Both the position numbers and the translations under genes were made by a program. The notes below the pieces were generated by a model that did not search any database, was not told where the DNA came from, and saw only the letters and a list, made by a program, of their open reading frames with translations. From Geosiphon pyriformis uo1 (Eukaryota > Fungi > Glomeromycota), in NCBI GenBank assembly GCA_016748015.1, contig JAAOMT010000772.1, positions 65,541-129,540 on the forward strand: a DNA stretch of 64,000 bases, read 5' to 3'. Below are positions 1 to 16,872 of the stretch, one piece after another (position 1 is the stretch's first letter; every line of letters begins with the position of its first letter).

Positions 1-3000
1 AAATCAATTGCAGAATAACCACAATAGAATCAATCCAAATAACCAGTTGGTTCCCTGAAATTCGGGTCAGCAAAGACCCAATCACTATCACACTCAATTC
101 AGTTATCTTACAATACCAGAGGAATCGGATTTTCAACAAATTGCACTTTCTGAAAATGAAGTTGCAGTGCTAAGATCAAATCCTTCCAACCACACCATTC
201 TACCAGCTCAAATTGCCCAAAATGCTAATCTGTCAGATATATTTCCATTTGAATTTGAAGCAAATGAATTACCATTTCTGCTTAGTAATGCAGCAGTCAA
301 TGAACAAAAAGCAATTACTGCTATGTACACAGAAACTATAGTAGAAAGAAAACCCATTCACTTAATCTTAGATAGTGAATCAGCTAGAAGTATCATCACT
401 TACCAGCTGATACAACAATTCAAACCAAACGTAGACAGACCAGCTCAAACAGTTATTGTCACAGCTGATGGTATAAAAAAGACTCCATTAGAAGAAATTG
501 ATGATTTCCCTTTTTCAATTGATGGAATCACCATTCCAGTTAAAATTCTTGTTATGGATGCACCCCAATATCAAGCTCTAGTCAGAAATGATTGGCTTTT
601 CAAGGCCAATGCAAACCTGAACTGGGAAACTTAAGAACTTAAAATCTTATACCAAGGACAATATACCATAGTACCTGCAACCTGTGGTACCTTTAACAAA
701 CGATTAGAAAAAGCTCCAGTATTTGAATTTGAAGAGAAGAAAGAAATGCCACTTATTAAAATCTACATGGCTCTTGGATCAACATCCAATTGGGCTGAAG
801 AAACTGAACAAGAGATTTTTGAAGAATCAAGAGGATAAAAGAAAGTTAGATATTCTACACCAGAACCATGAAAACAATCACCCTATATTCCACTCAAATG
901 CAAAGATTGCAACAAAAAACTTTTATCAATAAGAGCATGTATTTCTTCAGAAGAGGAATATAAAACTTGTACCTATTACTTTTGCAAAACATGCCATAGA
1001 GAACGATTTGGATTTCCAAAAAGAAGTGGAAAATGGGACAACACACCTTGCCTTACATGTGAAGAAATGCTACCAGAAGAATGCAATTGGATTGATGTAG
1101 CAATGAGAAGAGGAGTATGTGATCAAACCTGTCAATATGCTCTATCAATTTCGGAAAAAGTCAGAAAAGGAACACTATTTGATGCAGCATACAACAGTGC
1201 TTTCAATAAACTTTACCACTACCCTCATGATGCTGAAATGATTTTTGACTTAGCAATGGCATTGATCAATAGAGCCACCCAAGAAGATGTCCACCAAATA
1301 AAAGAAACTGAATATATTGAGTATACCATGGAATTAGCTGGATTTGATTATAAAGATGAAGTAGAAACCTACCACCAAATTACAAGCCACACATATCCGA
1401 CCAAAGAAGCTCAAATTCAATGATTAGAGCAAATGAACATTCAATTGTGTGAAGAATGTGTTATGCCTTGTGATGACCAATGGTGTTTAGAATGTTATGC
1501 TCTTAGCATTCCTCTGCCAGATGAGAATGATGAAAATAAAATCGAATTTGGAGTATTTGAACTAGTAGAAGAACTACCAACCACTCCCATCTATCTTCTT
1601 GAAAAGCAACCACCTTTACAACTTAAATATTTTGACAACCATGGCCAAGAAATCAGACCAGAAAAAGCACACGAAATTGATGCTGGATATAACCTAAGAT
1701 ACCCAAGAAAAGATACTTTGATTCTCCAACCAAAGTCTTTGACAAAAATCAATCTCAAAATTGCTCTTGAAATTCCACCAGGAGCAATGGTTCAAATTGC
1801 CTCCAGATCATCATTGGCAAGCAAAGGAATCAATATTAGAGGAGGAGTTATAGATGCAGGATATACTGGAGACATTACCATCATGTTACAGAATGAGACA
1901 AACAAACTATTTAAAATTGAACATGCTGAAAAAATTGCTCAAGCAATTTACTTATCTTTAATCAACATTTCGGGTTTACAATCAGTAAACAACAAAAAAC
2001 AATTGGGAAAAAGTGAAAGAGGAACTCAAGGTTTTGGTTCAACTGGACGATTTACAGTCCCAGTAAACATAGTTCTTAATACACAAAATGAATCTCACCA
2101 GATTCTTCAACTTTCTCAGCCAATTATCATTTCATCTTTTGGAGAACATCACAAAATTTACACTTGCTCAAAACTTACCACTACACAACAAATCTTTGAA
2201 TCCAATGAACAAATCTGTTTGAAGCATGAAATATCAATTCCAAACATTTATATTCCCAAAGAAATGAAAAAATTTCAAGTTACATTCTACAACCCCAATA
2301 ATTATCTTATTGTTTTATTAAACAAATTAGAAATTGGAATCATACACAGCAATATCTTTTAAGATGAAAACCCTCAAATTGTCTCTAATTTCATCGAAAT
2401 TGTAAAGCACACTCTACTCCCAAATCCAAATATCATTCCCACTACTGAAAACTACCACTTGTTGGAAGAAAAACTCTCTTGAATCAATATGGGTTCCTTA
2501 GAACCTCAACAACAAAGACAATTGAAACAATTGATAGCTGAATTTGCAGATATATTTGCAAAAGACAACAATGACTTGGGAAAAACAGACATTGTTCAAC
2601 ATCAGATCCATACAGGAGATGCTCTACCAAAACATTAACAAGCTTATTGAGTGCCACCTGCCAGCCACCAATTCATCAGAAAAGAGGTCCAAAGAATGCT
2701 CAATAACAGATTGATTCAACCATCAAGAAGTTCTTGGGCCTCACCAGTAGTTTTAGTTAAAAAGAAAAACGGAAAAATCAGATTCTGTGTTGATTATAGA
2801 CAACTGAATAGTGTTACAATTGGAGATGCCTACCCTTTTCCAAGAATTAATGACATGCTAGATGCTCTAAGAAAAGCCAAGTTTTTTTCAACTCTAGACC
2901 TGAAAAGTGGATACTGGCAAGTCGAAATGGATCCAAAAGATAGACCCAAAACAGCATTCACCATTCAAGGAGGAAATTATGAGTTTAATGTTATGCCTTT

Positions 3001-3895
3001 TGGACTCTGCAATGCACCAGCAACATTTCAGCGACTCATGGATGTTGTCTATGAAGGGCTCTTGTGGCAATCAGTAGTTGTTTATCTTAATAATACTAAT
3101 GTATACTCACCAAGCTTTGAAGCCCATCTCATTCACTTGCAAGAAGTTTTTTAACGATTACGGAAAGCAGAATTAAAGTTAAATATTAAAAAATGTCACT
3201 TTGGAAAAACAAGCTTGATCTTTCTTGGACACATAGTTAGTAAAGATGGAATCAAACCAAATTCAGAAACAATCAGTGCTGTCAAAAACTTTCAAACTCC
3301 CAGAAATACTACAGAACTAAGAGGATTTGTGGGATTAGCCTCTTACTATCGAAAATTCATAAAAGGATTCTCAGAAATTGCCAAACCACTCAATTATCTT
3401 ACCAACAAAAACGTAACATACAAATGGACTGAAGAACAACAAAAAGCTTTTGAAATTCTCAAAACAAAATTGACAACAGTCCCAGTTCTTGTTTACCCAG
3501 ACTTTAACAAACAATTCCAATTAGCTACTGATGTCTCACACATAGCATTTGGTGCCATCTTATCACAATTGGATGAAAATAGCCAAGAACAAATTATTGC
3601 CTATGCTAGCAGAACACTCAAGCCAACAGAACTCAAATATGGCTCAACTGAATTAAAAGCTGCTGCAGTTATTTGGGCTCTTAAACATTTTCAACAATAT
3701 CTGAAGAATGGAAAAGAATTTAACATAATAACAAACAACATTGGTCTCAAATGGCTCAATAAAAAGAAAACTGAACAAAGTGCCAAACAGTCTCAATGGA
3801 ATGACTTCTTAGCAGACTACAGATATATTGTACACCACAAACCAGGAAAACTATATACCAATGTTAATAGCCTCTCAAAAATGAAACAAGATTAA
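1..3895 (+). pseudogene. gag-pol remnant of copy A (PR, zinc module, dUTPase, RT, RNase H)
   Basis: ORF fragments at 167, 1067, 1433, 2651 and 3215 share one frame and are broken only by nonsense codons. Motifs: dUTPase (IDAGY, SRSSLA, GVIDAGYTG, ERGTQGFGSTG); RT (RFCVDYR, LDLKSGYWQ, MPFGLCNAP, YLDD decayed to YLNN); RNase H (LATDVS, IAYASR). Confidence 0.92.
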
Positions 3896-3944
3896 TACCA
3901 ACAACAATTCCACCACAACTAACCAACAAAATAACCAAACAAAA

Positions 3945-4949
3945 ATGGATTCCAGAAACTACAGCAATCTTAAAAATTATTTGGAGACTTTTACCATGCC
4001 AGAAAACTGGTCTTCAAGTGAAAAACACCACTTACAACACCAATCAAAACAATATTTCATACACCAGAACAAAATTTATTATAAAAATCACAGAAAACCA
4101 AACCAGTCACTCAGATTAGTACAAGAAAATGAAAAAGAAACAATTTTATACAACATGCACACAGATCCATCTTCAGCACACTTGGGAAAAGAGGGAACAA
4201 TTCAAAGAACTCTTGAACATTATTTTTGGCCTCACATGCAAAAAGACATTTGACAATATGTAGAATCTTGTGATAATTGTCAAAAAAAAGGAGGAACTCG
4301 CCTCACAGAACCTTTAAATCCAATCAAAGTTGGACAACCTTTTGACAAAGTTGGAATTGATTTAGTCGGACCATTACCTATCACAACTTAAGGAAATCAT
4401 TATATTGCAGTTGCAGTGGATTATCTTACCAAATGGCCTGAAGCTAGAGCCATCCAAAGAGCAAATGCAAAATCAGTAGCAAATTTCATCTATAAAGACA
4501 TTATCTGTAGACATAGATGCCCAATTAAACTCTTATCTAATCAAGGAACACATTTTGTGAACAACTTAATACAAGAAATTTGTGAACGGTTCAATGTCAA
4601 AAGACCTCTATCATTACCTTATTACCTTCAAACAAATGGACTTGTAGAATGTTTTAACAGAACATTGTGTGAATCTCTAGCCAAAGTCTCAACAGACTTT
4701 GAGCAGGAATGGGATATCTTTATTCCATCAGTGTTACTAGCATACAGAACACTAAAACAAGATACTATGAAACACATACCATTTGATCTTACTTATGGAA
4801 GGACAGCAACATTACCAATTAATTTCACAGTGGAAACATACCCAGTGCAACCAATCAATGAAGAAAACTTTCAAGAGACACTTCAAAGAAGAGCCTACAC
4901 TCTTCTTAGTACACTGGAAAGAAAAAGAAGAATAGCAGCAACTCATATT
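3945..4949 (+). pseudogene. integrase ORF of copy A (HHCC + DDE core), runs into N-gap
   Basis: MHTDPSSAHLG...YFWP...CDNCQ, GIDLVGPLP, DYLTKWPEA, QTNGLVE. Confidence 0.92.
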
Positions 4950-5626
4950 NNNNNNNNNNNNNNNNNNNNNNNNNNNNNNNNNNNNNNNNNNNNNNNNNNN
5001 NNNNNNNNNNNNNNNNNNNNNNNNNNNNNNNNNNNNNNNNNNNNNNNNNNNNNNNNNNNNNNNNNNNNNNNNNNNNNNNNNNNNNNNNNNNNNNNNNNNN
5101 NNNNNNNNNNNNNNNNNNNNNNNNNNNNNNNNNNNNNNNNNNNNNNNNNNNNNNNNNNNNNNNNNNNNNNNNNNNNNNNNNNNNNNNNNNNNNNNNNNNN
5201 NNNNNNNNNNNNNNNNNNNNNNNNNNNNNNNNNNNNNNNNNNNNNNNNNNNNNNNNNNNNNNNNNNNNNNNNNNNNNNNNNNNNNNNNNNNNNNNNNNNN
5301 NNNNNNNNNNNNNNNNNNNNNNNNNNNNNNNNNNNNNNNNNNNNNNNNNNNNNNNNNNNNNNNNNNNNNNNNNNNNNNNNNNNNNNNNNNNNNNNNNNNN
5401 NNNNNNNNNNNNNNNNNNNNNNNNNNNNNNNNNNNNNNNNNNNNNNNNNNNNNNNNNNNNNNNNNNNNNNNNNNNNNNNNNNNNNNNNNNNNNNNNNNNN
5501 NNNNNNNNNNNNNNNNNNNNNNNNNNNNNNNNNNNNNNNNNNNNNNNNNNNNNNNNNNNNNNNNNNNNNNNNNNNNNNNNNNNNNNNNNNNNNNNNNNNN
5601 NNNNNNNNNNNNNNNNNNNNNNNNNN
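4950..5626. other. assembly gap (N)
   Basis: Run of N. The homologous interval in copy C is about 1 kb, so the gap size is approximate. Confidence 0.99.
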
Positions 5627-5869
5627 AAACTTAGAGCAGCTCTTAGACTCTATGACTTGTTTAATACTTGTGAAAATATTCTACAAAATCCAATACTGCA
5701 ACCAATGAAAGTCCAATACATTGGCAAACTCACAGAACTGAAATTTCAACAATTTTCAGACCAAATTACTTCAATTATTTTAGATCACTATCTCAATATT
5801 ACAGATAGTGCTTGGACTTCGATGGAGCTCAGTCTTGAGGAAGAGATTATGTTACTAGTAGAATTTTAG
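5627..5869 (+). pseudogene. 3' part of accessory ORF3 of copy A
   Basis: LYDLFNTCENILQNPILQPMKVQYIGKL...EEEIMLLVEF matches the ORFs at 40133 and 55724. The stop lies inside the LTR. Confidence 0.85.
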
Positions 5870-6825
5870 CTATTAATTAGCATGAAATTACCCTTATAAT
5901 TCCTATAATTTATTAGTATATTAATATTATTTCAAATTATTATTTATTATCTAATCAATTATTACATATTATGATTCAATTAAAATAATCTAATTAGTAT
6001 AACAGAAAGTAGGATAATCAAATTACACAATACCCTGAACTTTGTAACATTTAAAAATTTGCCGAAATTTACAGAAATTTGCCGAAATTATGAATAGATT
6101 ACCCAAATTAATCAATAGTTCAGCGAAATAACTTATAGTTCATCAAAATGTATCTTTAGTTTGCCGAAATTTGAGCAAAGAAAAAAAGTGCAAGTTTATA
6201 GACTAGTACTACAACAAGTTGTATAAAAGAAAAGCTTTTCTCTTCTGGAAAATATATCTTATTTTAGATTTATCTCTTAAAACCGTTCCTATACACACAA
6301 AAAGAAATAAATATCAAATAATTCAAAAAAAAAAAACCAAATTCTTTAATTATTGTACTTGGAAAATTCTCAAAACCCAACTAACATTTTGAAATTGATT
6401 AGCTACCAATTTTAGTAAACTGTTAGTGACTCTAGGCCTGGATAGAAAACGTTTCTCTTGACAAAATTCTATTTCTTTTACATTTCTTTTATTTTTCTTT
6501 TCTTTTCTTATTACAATCATTAGGGTAGCCTACAGACAAGATTCCTGTAAAAGAGTTGACTTTCACAGCAAAGTAACTATACATTTTAGTGAGCTTCTAG
6601 ACAAGCAATTCTTGGGAAAGAGTTGACATTTACTACAATATAACTACATAAAGTAACTGGCAAGAAATTAGCCATTCCACTTATAAGCCCAGCAGTTCAA
6701 ATTATAGGAGATAATTTGAAGATAAATTCAGTTATTGGAGGTTTAACTACTTTCTAAAAATGTGAGTTCACAACAAATTAACATTACCAACATTTAAGAA
6801 AAGAGACCAAAAACCTCTGGTAACA
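5850..6825 (+). repeat. 3' LTR of copy A (family 1)
   Basis: TGTTAC...GGTAACA termini, preceded by purine tract GAGGAAGAGATTA. Homologous to 8098-9051, 31804-32790, 39296-40152, 48040-49033 and 54773-55743. Confidence 0.93.
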
Positions 6826-8097
6826 ATACTTTTTGTACTCTTTGCATACCTAACATTGAAACAAAATACAACTCAGTTTACACCGTTTGAACTAGTTTAT
6901 AGAAGAAAAGCTATATTACCAATTGAACGAGTGATACTGTCATACCCAACAGAATCAATCAATGAAGAGAATTTTGAGGCTACCTTACACCAAAGAATAT
7001 ACCAGCTAATGGAAACATTGGAAAACAATCGAAAAACAGCAGCTGACAATATTAGTTACACTCAAGAATGACAAAAAAAAAAACATGATAAACACCTATC
7101 AGAACAACCAATGGAATTCAAAATTGAAGACCAAGTACTATTACATCGTACAAAAGCTGAGAAACAGTGGAGTGGAAAGTTCGACCCAAAATAGGATGGT
7201 CCATTCCACATACACAAAGCGTTAGAAAATGGAGCTTACAAATTACGATTGGAAGACAAGATTTTAAAGAAAGTAGTGCATGGAAATTGGTTAAAAATTT
7301 ATCATGTAAAACAGGAATCATCATCATCAGTACCTCAACTAGGAACACAAATTTCATTAATCAGACCAGAAGATATACCACGAGATCTGAAACCAATCAT
7401 CATCATCGAAACATAAACAATGGGCAGCAAATTAAATTGGAAAATTCAAATATATATAGCATTCAAAAAGCAGCAAGAAATGATAGAAATTTTAACATAA
7501 ACCTTTCAGATCAAATTTTAAAATTATCTAAACAATTATTTGAAACAATTCAAAAATTGACATCTCAAATAGAAATAACAATTGATAAAAAAGAGATACG
7601 GTACAAAGATAAGAGCAGGAGAAGGGAGGATGAAAGTTCAATTAGAACTAAACATTTCCTTCCCTACCCACCACCCAAAAGGCAATGTTGGAGGAAAAAT
7701 TGCCTTCAGGTGGGAGGTGGAAAAGAAGGAGGCAAAGAACAAGAAAAAGGTTACAAAAAAAGATACTTGGTTCCCGAGCTCAAAGAAATAAAAGAAGCTT
7801 TAGTTCATGGGACCGAACTCCCCGAAACAGGAGAGTGGACATCTGACAATGCCCAGGAATGGAAAGAAAAACTTCCTCCAGCTTATTGGTTCTACAAAAT
7901 TGGAAAACAGTTTGACTTGAAAACATCATACAAAGACCTCAGCCAGAAAACATTTAACAAAGAAGCAATACAACAAATAGAAAAATTCATAGGGAAAAAC
8001 AACCTGACCCTATATTACAAAGCAACATACCGACTATACGCCGCCTTCTAACATTGTCCAAACATACTACTGAATAGATCTATGAAAACCATAATGG

Positions 8098-9051
8098 TGT
8101 TACCGAAGGTTTTTGGTCTCTTTTCTTAAATGTTGTCGATGCTTGTTTGCTGTGAATTCACGTTTTCTGGATGTAGTTGAACCTCCAGTAACTGAATTTA
8201 TCTTCAAATTATCTCCTATAATTTGAACTTGCTGGGCTTATGAGTGGAATGGCCAATTCTGTACCAGTTACTTTGTATAGTTACATTGTAGTAAACGTCA
8301 ACTCTTTCTCAGAAATTGCTTGTCTAGAAGCTCACTAAATTGTGTGTAGTTACTTTGCTGTGAAAGTCAACTCTTCTATAGGAATCTTGTCTGTAGGCTA
8401 CCCTAATGATTATGATAATAAAAGAAAAGAAAATAACAGAAAAGGAAAGAAAAAGAAAAAATGAGGAATTGATTTGTTAAAGTCGTTTTGGATCCAGGCC
8501 TGGAAGTGCTTTAACAGTCTACTGAAATTGGTAGCCAATCAATTTCAAACTGTTAGTTGGGTTTTGAGGATTTTCCAAGTGCAATAATTTAAAGAATTTG
8601 GTTTTTCGAATTATTTGATATTTATTTCTTTTTGTGTGTATAGAAATGGTTCTAAGTGATAAATCTAAAGTAAGATATATTTTCTCGAAAAGAGAAGCTC
8701 TTCTTTTATACAACTTATTGTAACACTATTCTATGAACTTAAACTTTGCTCTTTTCTACAATTTTGCTGAATTAAAGATACATTTCGGTGAACTACAGGT
8801 TATTTCGGCGAATTTTTACAAATTTTGGCAAACTTTTTGAATGTTACATAGTTTGGGGTATTGCATGATTGATCATCGCAATTAGGTTACATTTGTGTTA
8901 TGTACAAATTGGGTTATTAATTAAATGATAATTTCAGATATTTTGCTAATATACTAAGTGATAATTTGAAACGATAATATATGTTAATTAATGATAGGAA
9001 TTATAAAGATAATTTCATGCTAAATAATATCTCTAATTTTGTCTGGTAACA
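8098..9051 (-). repeat. solo LTR, family 1, inserted in ORF3 of copy D
   Basis: TGTTAC...GTAACA termini. Flanks ATGG/ACAG fit a decayed 4-bp TSD ACGG, and removing the LTR restores the ORF3 frame (KTITVNNIG). Confidence 0.9.
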
Positions 9052-9203
9052 ACAGTTAACAACATAGGATGAATAACCAATCAACAATTCAAAGACCTAC
9101 AAAAGGCAATACTCAAGGCAACAATCAAACATTACACGAACAAAGCCATAATAACAGATACATATGGTTTCACAGGAGCTCAATTTTAAAAAGAGAGGGA
9201 TAA

Positions 9204-10287
9204 TATTATCCGAGTAGAAAAACTGATCCAAAGTTATGAAGAAACATGACCAAAACATGACATAACACAGAATAACATGCAATAATGTTGGATAACACAT
9301 TATAACGTAAGATAATTTGTTATAATGCAAGATAACACAGAATAGCATGCAATAATGTAGGATAATGTGTTATAACGCAGGATAACACAAAATAACATGT
9401 AATAATATCAGATAACATGTTATAACATAGGATAACTAATGATAACATAGAAAAACAAAGCAATAACAGAAACAACAAAGCAATAGCTAGCAATAGCGAG
9501 ACAATTGAAAGCAATCCTATAAAACCAAAAAAAATGTATAAAAGCAAGTAGTTGTAAAAGTGAGAAAAAACAGACAGATAGATATAAACCTCTAGACCAG
9601 AAATAAAATATCCATACCTCTTCATCCTTTATTATCTTCCCTATTTCATCTTCTAAAATAAACCAATTATTAAAGAAATCAGAATCACGAATTCATGTTC
9701 TCAAACTTTATGGAATTTACATGAATTAACTCTTCTCTCATACCTCCATTCTAGAACAGATGCTCTTAGCATAACCACCTTGAACCTATTAACAATTTGG
9801 ACCAATTGCTCTTAATCACGGTGATTGACAATACTAATTTATTTTTTCTCTCTTTTCTTTTTTTTTCTTTTTCTTTTTTTTTCTTTTTCTGTCTTATTTT
9901 TGTGGAGCAGCAACATAGTAAAATCGACTGTCTGGGAATAGACTTCATAATAGCCTGGTAAAAGAGGGAAGCTCCCCCTAAGTTTTGGATATTAACATTA
10001 TCTTGTTAGCTTACCAGAAAGGCAAAAAGACAATGCTAGACCCTAACAACTGTGCTTGTTAGCTCGGAGAAGAAAGTTCACATTTACAAAAAACATTGCA
10101 ATCAACAAAAGACAAACTCTGTGCCTTATAATCAAAGAACTCAACAGGTAAAATTTACATCCAGGAATAGACCTTCAGAGACTGATAATTAAGACTAAGC
10201 CAACAGAATTATGTGGAAAACACATCATTAATAATTGAGAACACCAAACGTTATCATTTCCCATACCCACCAAGTTTACCTGTAACA
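9204..10287 (+). repeat. 3' LTR of copy D (family 3) with ATAACA(C/T)-type tandem array at ~9255-9450
   Basis: Starts T(A)TTATC right after the PPT and ends CTGTAACA. Shares internal motifs with family-2 LTRs. Confidence 0.78.
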
Positions 10288-10812
10288 CTGGTCACTATGC
10301 TGAGAAAAAAATTAACAGAATTGCAATTCTGAAAAGTGATGGACAACAAAACACATTAACTTAAGAATTAATACTTGAAATATCACTAAAAGAAAACCAC
10401 ACTTGAATTTTTGTTTATTATACAAAAGACTCCAACCAAAATCTTTAGACAACCAAAATCTTCAGATATTACTGACAAGATCAGCTATTAAGTATTAAGT
10501 TACAGATTTGTTATTTGATTTGAAATTCCAAATAATTACTTGTAATACTGAGAAAAAAATTGATGGAAAAATCTTTTAAGAGACTATAGACACCAAAGCA
10601 CATTAACTTGAAGATTGAGGAAGAAACTCAAAACACCACCAAAGGATATTACTATTAAATCTCTGTCTATTATACAAAAGACTCAACTAAAATCTTTAAA
10701 AACCAAAATCTTCAAATATAAGAATTTTCAGATTTACTAACATTATCAGCTATTGAGCACTAAGTTATAAGTTTGTTATTTATTCCAACTACCCAAATAA
10801 TCATTTGTAATA
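10288..10812 (+). repeat. two stacked 3' halves of family-2 LTRs (10288-10547, 10548-10812)
   Basis: Each ends ...CAAATAAT(T/C)A(C/T)TTGTAATA and matches the last ~250 bp of the LTRs at 22.4, 25.4 and 36.3 kb. Confidence 0.8.
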
Positions 10813-10859
10813 ACATAAAAAAAAGTGGTTTAATTAGTAATAAAAAAGTTTTGTTTAAT

Positions 10860-11160
10860 GTTTTTCATATTTGTTTGGTTTTTTGTTAATTGAAATAGTT
10901 TATTTACTTGGTATTAATAAATTTTTTGCTGTTAGCTTTGGATTATATAAGACTTATTTGTTTTTTTTGGTGTTACCAATAATATAAAAGTTCATGTGAA
11001 TGTGTAAGTATTGTTTTGATTGGTCCGAGTGGTCGGTCACGTGTAATAAATGCATGAGCCACATTTAGTTTGAAACACTTAGTCTGTTTCTATACACTAG
11101 ATAGTGGTAGGACTGTAAACCAAATATAAAAAATTGTTTATTAATTAAAAAACAAATTTA
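10860..11160 (+). mobile_element. short 3' end of a LINE-like element
   Basis: ATTGGTCCGAGTGGTCGGTCACGTGTA...GCATGA...TAGTGGT.GG.CT followed by an A-rich tail. Homologous to 29400-29545. Confidence 0.55.
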
Positions 11161-11544
11161 ATTTTTATAGTCTATTATATATTAATATTTGATAACAAAT
11201 ATAATCATATAATATATAGTTAAAAAATAACTTCATGTCACAATTGGGTGTATTTATTTTGCCTAAAAACGGTGTACTTAGGCTTTTTTTGGAAAAATGG
11301 AATCATTTCTAAAAACGTTGGGATCCTGAGGCCAGGTGAAATTTGGCCCGTAAATCCGGCACTCCTCCCAATTACCGACGGTGTCACTCTCGTTCATCTC
11401 AGGTAAGATTGTTCTCTTACCGCAAAGCCAGGCTTGGGAAATTATCAGATAAGATTTTCCACAACCAAAAAACCAGTTCGCTTTTTTCCTCGTACAACTT
11501 TCTCGCGAAAACGTGTAGAAGAGCCGGAATTTGCTATTTCTGAC

Positions 11545-16872
<5,328 letters not shown>

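Larger units (their letters stand above)
1..6825 (+). mobile_element. Ty3/gypsy LTR retrotransposon copy A (LTR family 1), 5' end outside window
   Basis: Order: gag tail, aspartic protease (LILDSxSA), Cys-rich region, dUTPase, RT, RNase H, integrase, ORF3, PPT, 3' LTR. Closely similar to the minus-strand copies at 39.3-49.0 kb and 54.8-63.5 kb. Confidence 0.95.
6826..10287 (+). mobile_element. 3' part of older Ty3/gypsy copy D (LTR family 3): integrase C-terminus, ORF3, 3' LTR
   Basis: TPFELVY...GPF-type integrase tail at 6826-7416. ORF3 at ~7420-9190 is split by a solo LTR. PPT AAAAAGAGAGGGATAA precedes the LTR at 9204-10287. Copy A is inserted in its integrase. Confidence 0.85.

Noticed and set aside
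4416-5708. 430-aa ORF in the track
   Set aside because: Artefact of translating through the N-gap.
9097-9625. Hydrophobic minus-strand ORFs resembling membrane proteins
   Set aside because: They are translations of the ATAACA tandem array inside the family-3 LTR.
11020-11080. tRNA gene, SINE head or hammerhead ribozyme (A-box-like TGGTCCGAGTGG)
   Set aside because: No B-box, cloverleaf or CTGANGA core found by eye.
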